Below are positions 53,192-64,000 of a stretch of 64,000 nucleotides of DNA, piece by piece; the first letter of the stretch is position 1; each line of letters starts with the position of its first letter. The notes beneath the pieces were generated by a model. That model did not search any database. It had not been told where the DNA came from and saw only the letters and a program-made list of their open reading frames with translations. The translations under genes and the position numbers were made by a program. The DNA is from Octopus sinensis (lineage: Eukaryota), in assembly GCF_006345805.1 (NCBI RefSeq), contig NC_043006.1:35526001-35590000 (forward strand). The letters are read 5' to 3'.

Positions 53192-53804
53192 TAAAAATTT
53201 TTAAAATTATGTCATTTTAAGGAAAGGGAAAAAAAAAAAAAAAAAATTTTCCAATATTCTCCAGACATTTTGACACAAATATATATATTTTTTAACATTT
53301 AAGCCTTCTGTCGTTTTTTCACACTTTACTATTTTCTTATATATATATATATATATATATATATCCTTTTATACAAATGCCTTCATTAATACTTACATTC
53401 ATAAAACCTATACAGTAAATTTGTTTCGATTTTCTTGTTAGGGACTGATAATATGATGCAAGCTGACATGTAATATGTAGTGGATGTAAGTTATACAACG
53501 ATTGGCGCCCATTTGCTAATATGGTGTTTGACTCATTCTAAAATCTGATTACCGTTTACCGTATAACCACTTTTTATTGATTCTATAACTATGTTTCAAA
53601 TGTATGTCTCTCTAATGTAATGAAGAATAGTAAAATACATATGCAATTTAGCATTTCGTTGTGGTTGTGGTTGTTGTTGATGTTGTTTTTATAGGTACGT
53701 TAATGCCATACGCACTATTAAATCATCGTAACGCAACGATAATTTAGTTAATAATATGCATAAATATATTTCTTGATTAATGGGCAGAGTAAATGGGACT
53801 TATG

Positions 53805-53910
<106 letters not shown>

Positions 53911-53943
53911 CATATATACATATATGTGTGCGTATGTGCATGA

Positions 53944-54012
<69 letters not shown>

Positions 54013-54031
54013 GATAGATAGATAGATAGAT

Positions 54032-54114
<83 letters not shown>

Positions 54115-54144
54115 TAGATATAGATAAATAGATGAATATAAATA

Positions 54145-54218
<74 letters not shown>

Positions 54219-55494
54219 ATATATATACACAGACAGACAGACTAACAGAAACGCACACACATATAAATATACTCAATAATAAGCAACGCAGTACACGCAA
54301 TTGTTAATTCAAAGCTTTATGTTACACATAATTGTTTCTGTAATTCCCATCAAGCAAATATCTTAATGCACAATCCTTCCTTCCTCATATCCTAGCGTTG
54401 GGTTCTGACCTTCTCTACCAGAGTATATTCATATTCATCACCTAATGGATAGAAATGTCACAAATCCTTACTCTCATTGCCATACTAACGGTAGATATTA
54501 TGCCTTCGGTCTCGCTGTTATTTGGTAGTGTCTACATGGCGATAACGATGATAATGTTTTCTCGTGTCCCTGATGGTTCTTTTGAATATCCTCCAAGTAT
54601 CGTTGTTCAGATGTTCGTAACGCGAGGAGTTACAGAGGTCATGGTGTTATTTTTTTTTCTTATTTCTATTTCACTTATTTATTTGATTTTCTTGTCAGTA
54701 AGTTGTTCTTTATCTTGGTGCTGTGACTGTGGCATTGATTATCATAGATACTTCACTTGCATTTACCGTAATGATGGTTATGAATCGCAATGAGGTGTTT
54801 GATCAACGATGGTTTTGATCTGCTGTAGCTGGAACTGTCTGTGTTCATGTAAATGTGATCGTCGTGTTTACTGCGTAATTGAAATAACACACAAAAATGG
54901 TTTACACACATATCACACATATTATTGTATTTTCTATCATGTTGTACTATATTATTTTATATTGTATTATGCTATATCGTATTATATGATATCATATTAT
55001 ATTACATTATATCATTTTGCAGGAAAACACACAATCTAATTATTGTAATAAAATTATTATTTATTTGAATTAATTTAAATAAATTAGTATGCTTTATTTT
55101 AAAATAAATTTAAAGTACTTTTTCTTTTTCTTTTGCAGGTAAGTTTATATTTTTGCTGGTGAAATTGGTAAGATTGACTTCATTTTCTTTGTATCACGTA
55201 CGCGCATCTCTGTGTACTTACGTGTATGTGAATACGCAATTTTATGCAAGTGTGTGTGTGAGTGCGCGCGTTTTATCACTTTGAATTTCAAAATATTTAA
55301 AAATAAAAACAAGCTACAACCAATCAATAGGCCATAAGTGGCATCCGAGACACAAATGAACATTTTTTTTTATAGATCAAAAGCTTATTAGGTTTCGTTA
55401 TGCTGAGTGGGTGATCTACTCACATCCTGGATATAATTGAGGTACCTCACAGTAATATATACCCAGATTTTCGGGGGTGGGGTTGCCTATACAC

Positions 55495-55728
55495 TAGCGA
55501 TTCTCAACCAATTTTGCCTATAGACCCTTATAATACCTATTTTACTCACATGAACCCTCATAGTCATATAATGCATATAAAAAAAATACGACTCTATTTT
55601 TACAGTTAAATACGAATTAAGATATTTTGCTTATTCTTGACTTATAACGAATATATTGCACATAAATTTCAACAACGAAATCTTATATGCACCCCAAGTG
55701 TTATAAGGATTCCGGTTGAGAACCACTA
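55495..55728. mobile_element. hAT (Charlie-like) MITE
   Basis: Terminal inverted repeats TAGCGATTCTCAACC / GGTTGAGAACCACTA; no clean 8-bp TSD. Confidence 0.6.
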
Positions 55729-56398
55729 GACTAGATGAACAGACAAAAACAAATCATCATCATTAGCTAGTTATATATCACGAATTATAAAAGAATACCG
55801 TATTTATTTGTGTAAGTCGGACTGTTTTATATTTGATGTTTGCAACAAAAAAAATGCGGTGCCACGATTATACGTAGAAAAACTAAACCTATGAAAGGAA
55901 AACGTTTCCTGCCGAAATTTTAAAATTAAATCAGAGGTGCGGCCTTTATACATGTTCAGCTTATATATGATCAAACCTGTTGTCGCTTGTTGTCGCTTTT
56001 TTACGTCATTGATTTGGCCATGTTATCTCAATAATTAGTCTTGAAGCCAGCTTGTGTCTCGACCTGCTACATGCAGCAGTCAGATCTTGTGCATGCACGT
56101 GTGTTAGGTAAGATGAGAGGATATTAGCAGATCTCTGGTTCTGGCCATTCATATTTATGATAACACCTTCTCAATTCAAATACTAAGCGGGTTGCACATG
56201 GTATACCTAATTACAGATCATTACATACATTCTATATTATAGAGAGAAATCAACATAAGAATGCCATAAAATTATAGAATGCGTAAAACACAAAACTAAT
56301 AAATAATCTAATACATTTGTGATGGTGTGTATGCATGTATCTGAGAGCATCTCTCTCACTCTGTATATATACATATATGTATGTATATATATACATAC

Positions 56399-56443
<45 letters not shown>

Positions 56444-56959
56444 TATATGTGTGGCTGTATGCGTATATATAAATATATGTGCGTATATATATATATGTAT
56501 GTATATATGTATGTATATATACGTATACATACATACACACATATATTTATATATATATATATGCATGCATATTTGTGTGTATATGTTTATATACACTTGC
56601 ATACATATCTACTCATACACACAAGTATACAAAACACGCACACATACACACACACATACACACAGATTCATATATTGCTGCAAGTGAATGAGGAGATGTA
56701 CATCAATATTCAATGTGATCGATAATGTTAATTGATTGATCATGAAAATTAGTAGCAATTTATCAGAGGTGTGATATCAGCAGAGCAGCTTGGAATTAAT
56801 TGTTGATATAATTAAGTAAAAATATCGATATATTTTATTGCAACGAAAAATTCAATATGGCTTCATGCAATGAAAAGAAATAATCTTATCTGCCGATCAG
56901 CATCACCCACCTGCATATTCACGATGATCATGATGATGATGATCACCATCATGAATAAC

Positions 56960-56974
56960 TTGACAATAATAATG

Positions 56975-57051
<77 letters not shown>

Positions 57052-57058
57052 GATGATG

Positions 57059-57097
<39 letters not shown>

Positions 57098-57111
57098 GAA
57101 ATAATAATAAT

Positions 57112-57142
<31 letters not shown>

Positions 57143-57148
57143 GAAATA

Positions 57149-57179
<31 letters not shown>

Positions 57180-57274
57180 CATTATTATTATTATTATAAT
57201 TATCATCATCATCATCATATTCGTCATCATCCTCACTATCAATAACATCATCATCAAGAACATCATCGTCGCCT

Positions 57275-57330
<56 letters not shown>
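56960..57330 (+). repeat. (AAT)n/(ATT)n microsatellite field
   Basis: Direct reading. Confidence 0.95.
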
Positions 57331-57331
<1 letters not shown>

Positions 57332-57690
57332 AGAGAATGAAAAAGTCAATGAGATCTTGGCCAAAGAGGAAGGTACCCGTCTTCAACCTTTTCAATCGCG
57401 TTCACCATGCAGCCTCTTTTGCTATAGCTACCGTGCAGAGAAAAATTGCCCTCCTTTCCCGACCAAAGGAAGGAGGTGGGGGCGATTTTCACCATGAACT
57501 CAGACGATAGCCGGATCCGTCCTACACGTGACAATAACCACTTGAGAAAGCTCCACAAGTCAGCAATACACGGAGACTGTATGAAAGCATAGAAAACGGT
57601 TTCATCGCTCCGTGTGTATCTCGGACAAGTCCGACTGACTGCACGCCCGTGCCTGTAGAACTTTTTACCAATTGAGCATGTCCCTTAGTA
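57330..57690 (-). mobile_element. Diverged fragment of a related Tx1/L1-like element
   Basis: Nucleotide and peptide similarity to ~35630-35960: TCPR..SDETV..DLWSFLKWLLSRVGRIRLS, RLKTGTFLFGQDLIDFF. Abuts (AAT)n. Confidence 0.78.
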
Positions 57691-57729
57691 GCTGACGATA
57701 TACATTCACCTCTGATTACAAGCAGAAGC

Positions 57730-58095
57730 AGTGGCGGTAGTGGGGGGGCGGCATCAGAGCTATGTGCTCAGAAGGTTTCCTTTGGGGTTTGAATAATTCA
57801 CATCTGGAAACATAGGTGCTTTGTTCATCATCCTTAAACAACCCTTATTCAAAGACCGTTTGAGCAGAAATGGCTACTCGACATGCAGAAACTTCTAACT
57901 GGGTCACACCTTAAACATTATGTGCTGACTTTTTTTTTATCTTGATATGAAGACACCATGTCACGTGCATATGGTTGTGATGCATGTGGCTAGTGGACCC
58001 TTATCAGACCAGTACGTACACTAGCCTTGTTGGGGTTCGTATATCTTTGGCCCCAGCGTCTCTTTGATGGCATGCGCTGCTCTCTCACTCAATAA
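57730..58095 (+). mobile_element. SINE-like repeat 3' part ending in a CAATAACAGC/(CTA)n tail
   Basis: Body ending GATGGCATGCGCTGCTCTCTCACTCAATAA, directly followed by a trinucleotide tract. Confidence 0.45.
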
Positions 58096-58109
58096 CAGCA
58101 ACAAGAACA

Positions 58110-58171
<62 letters not shown>

Positions 58172-58441
58172 CACTACTACCACTACTATACTACTACTGC
58201 TACTACTACTACTACTACTACTATAATGATAATAATAACAATAATAGTAGTAATAATAATAATTATTATTATAATAATAGATAATAAATAATAATAATAA
58301 TAACAATGATAATAATAATACTGCTGCTGCTACTACTACTAGCACTCCTACTACTAGTATATTACTACAACTACTACTACTACTAGCAATCCTACTACTA
58401 CTAGTATATTACTACAACTACTACTACTACTACTACTATAC

Positions 58442-58473
<32 letters not shown>

Positions 58474-59136
58474 ATAATAATAATAATATAATAATAATAT
58501 AATAATAATAATAATACCATTACTACTACTGCTGCTGCTACAAAAATGTCAATAACAGAAATAATAACACCAGTATTTTGTTCTTAGTAAACATTTACGA
58601 TATTCCACGTTATTGTTATTTTTTTCTTGCTGTTGTTGTCTTATTTTACACTTATTATCTATATTATTACAATATTCGTCATCAGTGACTTCTTTTACAA
58701 CCACCAACCTCATCTGCAAAAACAGCAAAGCAGGTACCACTACCTGCACCAGCACCGCACCCGTAAACACTGTTTACCATCGCCACCGCTACGATTATCA
58801 CCTCAATTTCTCGACTTTCTATCTCATTAGCAAGCGAATTTTCTAAAACTTTTCCATTGATATTTATTAGCAGAATCAATGCACGAATATGTGTCTATCG
58901 ATAATGTATATTAACTATACAGCTACGTAAATAGGTGTGTGCATCTGTGTACGTGTGTGAGTGTGTCTGTGTGTGCTCGTGTGCTCGTGTGTGCGTGTGC
59001 TCGTGTGTGCGTGTGCATGCGTGTGCGTGTGCATGTGTGTGCGTGTGCATGTGTGTGCGTGCATGTGTATGTCATTTATACATTTATATAGTTATATATA
59101 TATGCATATATATATATGTGTATAAATATGTATATG

Positions 59137-59179
<43 letters not shown>

Positions 59180-59491
59180 CGTCCAAATATGAATAGGCTT
59201 AGGAATATGTACGTTTACAAGTATGTATGTGTGTGTATAATGTGTCTTATCGGTGTGAAAGAGGGCAATTGATTCCATCGTCAGTAAATTTAATATAAGT
59301 CTCTGCCAGATTTAATCTCATAACAAATTCTATCACGCAAATATTGGTTTCGTATATTCCAAGTCTAAAAACACTTTTCATATATTCAGGCTCATTCCTA
59401 TATTAATTTTGAATTGGTAACATGCCTTTATATGAAAACACTACCTGGCGGAATCAAGCACATTCATACACACACATACGCACACACACGC

Positions 59492-59540
<49 letters not shown>

Positions 59541-59866
59541 CACACACACGGACTTATATGAAATTTATGCAATAAAAGACTCCGTGGATTTCCACTGCAG
59601 ATGCGTCTGGTCGATAGTGTCAGCCTGTTATACGTATGTATGAATTTATGAATCGATGCAATACATATATGCCTGTGTGTAAGTATGTAATCGGGTATAT
59701 AGGCAAAACTGCATATGGGTAGTTTTGTGTTGGGATATAGAGGAAATCAGACCAATATAACAGAGGAATTGGTTTATATTGACGTGGCTATGAATATATT
59801 GTATATAAAGACCTACATAAATATTGCCCAATGCTTTGAAACGGTAACAATAACACAAATGCATAC

Positions 59867-59918
<52 letters not shown>

Positions 59919-60639
59919 TATATATATACATATATGTATGTATATGTACTGTTTATATACACAAATACATGCACACAAATATATATATATGTGTGTGTGT
60001 GTCTGTGTGTGTGTGTGTGTATAAACATATATTCACAGATACGGTTACTCACACGACGCATGCGCACAGACACAAAGGTAAGCTCTCCAGCATTAATTTA
60101 TATATAGTCGTGTGTGTCTGTGTGTGTACGTGTAAGTATATGGGTTGTGTGCGTGTGTGTGTGTGGCGTGGGGCGTGCAGGGCTTTTGAAAAGCTGCATA
60201 GATAGAAAATCCTTAGTGTCTGTCCCTTCGTCTGAATAGATTGTTATATCTATTGACTTCCTTTAATGGAGAAGCTACGTGTTTTAACTGTCAAACCACT
60301 CCCAGAAATCTCGATTAAGTGAGGAGACCTTTCATGTAACTCAGAACCACTTCGAATAAATCACTTTCGTTGATGTCTTTTTGTCTTCCTCTTCTTTTTT
60401 TTGTTTAGTTGGTGTAGTTTTCTTTAACCCTAGGTTTGCCATGAAGCAACAGAACCACGACCGAATTATATTCAAAATCTGATCTTCCTATATTTTGGCG
60501 AGTTACATTACATCATATGCCACTTATTCTTTGAAAGTTTGTGGATCGAATTCGACAGGGTTCGGTAGCCATTTCTAGAAGGTCTCGCATACACGTTAAG
60601 AAACATTCATTTGGCTGTATGCTCTTCAAGTTGAAACAT

Positions 60640-60900
60640 AATACTATCTTTCCATTTTCTCCACCCAGTTTTCTTGGGAGTGCAATGGAGGCAAAGCCCT
60701 GAGGCACCTTCTCTATAGGGTCCTGTCAAAAGCAACTGCAAGGACATATTCCTGTCGGATTCCCAAGTGAGACATACTGAGACTATAGATATTATCCGAC
60801 CATCCATTTTGCTCTACCCCTTGGACTCCTGATGGTTGGCTGCGCTTCAATAATCTGTCATCCAATACTTTCCTGCGTCATTCTAATTACATTTCCGTAG
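60640..60900 (-). mobile_element. RTE-clade LINE 3' fragment, decayed
   Basis: Reads DDRLLKR...GWSDNIYSLSMSHLGIRQE..VAFDRTL*RRCLRALPPLHSQEN. Confidence 0.55.
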
Positions 60901-61592
60901 TACCGGAGCTTTGACGTCTCAGAGAATTAGCGGCTCCAAGCCACGAGGCCTAATAATTAACGTTCTTATGCAAGAACCCCATTTCCATTGCTTGTGTTCG
61001 CAATCGTTCTCTTCTGGTCATCACCAAACATTTATGACCACAGAGCATGCGTAATCCAATTTTGTAATACTTTTTGTGGTCATTTTGATGCGAATACTTC
61101 CTGGGTCTAATTTTATATTTTGCCTTTACCAGCTCTGTAAGTTGTCTTACTCTAATCTCTTTATATTCTATGTTGCTTCGAACTGAGCATTCGCATTAAA
61201 TATTGTTAAAGTAGAGTAACACCTGAAGCCATTCAGTGATTCATTAAAATGTTATAAAGATGATTGTGGGCAACAGTGAAAAGGACTAAGGATCCTAGTA
61301 ATAAATTATATGAAGAACATTCTAGTAATGGTCAGAAAACACTTAAAGGTATTCGGAAAATACCTTTAGTTACGAGCAGGGTTATTCCCTTCAAACTACA
61401 CAGACTTCTGATTTTATAAAGGTGTTTCGAAATAGGCGGTGGATGGCGGAATCATTAGAGACATCGAACAAAAAACTTGCCGTATTTGATGCGATATTTT
61501 ACGTTTTTAATTACAAATTTGAAATTTAGGTTTTAATCGTGAATGGCAGAAATGTTATATAGCGGGACCGACTGTTTTGCAATATTTACCTG

Positions 61593-62106
61593 TATGCGGT
61601 GATATCAAATGGTTCCCTACTAGCTATGTTTAATAAAAAATATATATATAACTTACTTACCTGAGTTTTAAAATCATATCCTTTTAAATAGTTACCTTGC
61701 GCAGCAAAATACCGGCCCTAGTGTGCCTATCAGTTTTGTATTCCGGCCTGGAAGTCGTTTTGCGTAAGCGAGTCGAAGACCTTCTGCGATTAGCTCTGGA
61801 TCTCGACAACGGTGTTAAAACGGAGACCTTTGAGCTGCCTTTTCACATTGGGGAAGAGAACAAAGTCCGCAGCTGCTAAATCTGGCAAAAAGGGTGTTTC
61901 CAGAAGCGCCCTTTTCATGTTATTTTTGGCGAGAAACCCAGGAGTGAGGAGAGACTGCAGTGTTATCGTGAAGAATCCAGTTTTCGCGCTCCACATATCC
62001 AGTTGCTTTCGTTGCGAACGCTTCAAAACTTCGCTGTAGAATTCTCAATTGACGGTCTGTTGGGCGCTACATAAATATTCTGGGAACTTTTTGATACCAC
62101 CTCGTA
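61593..62106 (-). mobile_element. Internally deleted mariner (Tc1/mariner) transposon
   Basis: 25-bp TIRs (TACGAGGTGGTATCAAAAAGTTCCC vs TATGCGGTGATATCAAATGGTTCCC, 20/25 match) with TA at both ends. Transposase C-terminus: QQTVN*EFYSEVLKR...FLAKNNM...PFLPDLAAADFVLFPNVKRQLKGLRF. Confidence 0.85.
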
Positions 62107-63235
62107 CTTAGCGTTTTATATTCCAAGCATTTTCTTTCATATATGCAACATGAATGTGCCTCTTTCATTGATCATTGTTTGATGGTCTTCTCAGATTTGC
62201 TATACGACACCAATGAATTGGTAGAGCCAATGCGCAAGTTTACTTTTGTTTGGGATACTCGTTACCTCCTGGCAATGCCTTGTTTCTATTTCTTGTTATG
62301 AAGCAGAAAGGAGTTCGAAAACGCAGTCTTCAGAAACATGCTACATTCTCAACGGTTTTTGAACGTCTAGCGCACTAAGAGTGGCCACATTTTACGTATG
62401 AATGTCCATAATATTTGTTTTCTTTATTTCAATTGCATTTTGAAATACTTACGGTTCCAAAACATTCCCACTTTACGAGATACAGGTCCATGACAGAGCT
62501 AGTCATTTCGAAGCTGAGTGAACTGAGCTAACATGGAATGAAATGTTTTGCTCAAGAACACAACGCACTGACCGCTCCGGAAATCGAAACGACTGTCTTG
62601 CAATCGTGAGTACGACACTTTGACCAAAAAACCACACGCTTTTATATTAAAAGCTTACCTGGCTCTAAAAAGAACTCATGAAAAACTGAATTAACGACGT
62701 ACAGATCCGACCAGAAGAGCATATCTCACTTAACAATCACCGTGTGTTGACGAGGTCGAATTTGTAAAAGTTTTGGTTCACCACTCTTTGGCTGCCATTT
62801 CTAGTAGATCAAGTGACTACGCAGAAGTTCCTTCCTCGGCTTGTGGTTTTGACATTGCTTGTATCAGGGAAGCTGATAATTATCGATGAAGGAAATAAAA
62901 ATACCAACTTTTCAGCTGATTGATTGATACCCTAGTGACTTTCCCATCTGTCTACCGCTCTCAGAACTTAATTTTAATATCCAAACTTAATTAGAAAATC
63001 AATAATTTTTAATCAATATAGCTATTTCCTTGTTTTTAATATAATTATATTATTTAACATAATAATTATGGCAATCACTACGTTATTTAATTTGACTGAA
63101 GGTGGGAAATAGTTAAAAGAGTAAAATAGGTTGTTTGCAGCTTCGTCGTTTCCTTTGAAATTATGACTTCAAATCCCACCAGGGTTGACTCCGCCCTTCA
63201 TCCCCACGAAATTAACCTTTTACCTTTTACTGATT

Positions 63236-63650
63236 TCAATCATTGGACTACGGCCATGCTAGGGCATCGCCTTGACGGCTTTTAGTCGAACAGATCAACT
63301 TAAGTACTTATTTTTTAAGCCTGATGCTTATTCTATCGGTCGCTTTTGTTGAAACGCTTTGTATACGAAGAGGTACACAAACCAACACCGGTTGTCAAGC
63401 AGGAGCGTGGTGGTGGTGGTGGGGTAACAATCATAAACACACAAACACATACACACACACGCACACACACACACATATATATGTGACAGGCTTCTACACA
63501 GTTTCTGTCTACTAAATTCACTCACGACTCATTGGTCGACTTGTGGCTGTAGTAGGCATTTGTCCAACATGACGCATAATGGAACCGAACTTGAATCAAT
63601 ATGATTGCGAAGCGAGCTTCTGCTTTAGCCACACAACCAGTCATGTGCCT
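63236..63650 (-). mobile_element. SINE family B copy
   Basis: Tail half 63236-63430, (CA)n, head half 63484-63650. Confidence 0.78.
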
Positions 63651-64000
63651 ATAGTGATAGTTACTGAGAATAAAAGGCAGAAAACAAGATCTATTTTTCA
63701 TCTTTCCCAGACTGATAAAGAGTGATGTTGCTATGTGCAGCCCGAACATGTTAATGTATCGCTTAGCCAAGTGAGTTGTATGATGCCTCTCATTCCTTCT
63801 AGGGCTCCCAAGACGATCAGGAGAGAGAGAAGAAGGCAATCGCAAAACAGAGACATAATCTAAGTGACTAGCATGAGCGGATTGTGTTAAACCCAGTGAC
63901 CGATAAAGTCTTCTATCCACTTAGGTCATGGCAGGATTCGAAATCAGAACGCAAAAAGCCTGTTACTTTGCTGTCTTTAAGAAACACGCGACAACAGAGG

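Larger units (their letters stand above)
50119..53342 (+). mobile_element. Penelope-like retroelement (PLE), 5'-truncated, preceded by an inverted copy of its own 3' end
   Basis: RT and GIY-YIG motifs (see CDS entries). Arms 50119-50709 and 52747-53342 are reverse complements, differing by eye only in homopolymer lengths. The element lies among (TA)n repeats. Confidence 0.95.

Noticed and set aside
54455-54793. 112-aa hydrophobic ORF resembling a membrane protein
   Set aside because: Its hydrophobicity follows from T-rich composition; no recognisable motif or exon signals.

Overview
Animal (eukaryotic) genomic DNA. It is very AT-rich and saturated with microsatellites and tRNA-derived SINEs whose sequences resemble octopus SINE families (inference), with one 100-N scaffold gap at 14010-14109. 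I find no supportable host protein-coding exon; almost all ORF-track entries are translated microsatellites, so the window is intergenic or intronic. The coding content I can support is all transposon-derived: (i) a young, 5'-truncated Penelope-like element (RT + GIY-YIG, 50119-53342) with a ~590-bp inverted copy of its own 3' end and only two homopolymer frameshifts; (ii) a Tx1/L1-like 3' fragment inserted in the (GATA)n core of a SINE, plus a second diverged fragment; (iii) an R4/Dong-like RLE fragment in (TAA)n; (iv) three RTE-like 3' fragments; (v) an internally deleted mariner, hAT-like MITEs, Helentron-type HINEs and older Penelope remnants. The most striking hidden layer is about ten minimal hammerhead-ribozyme (HHR) motifs read by eye. 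They include canonical C3:G8 cores and covariant U3:A8 and G3:C8 cores. They sit in Penelope termini, in long palindromes, and in a tRNA-headed SINE-like element with an HHR tail.
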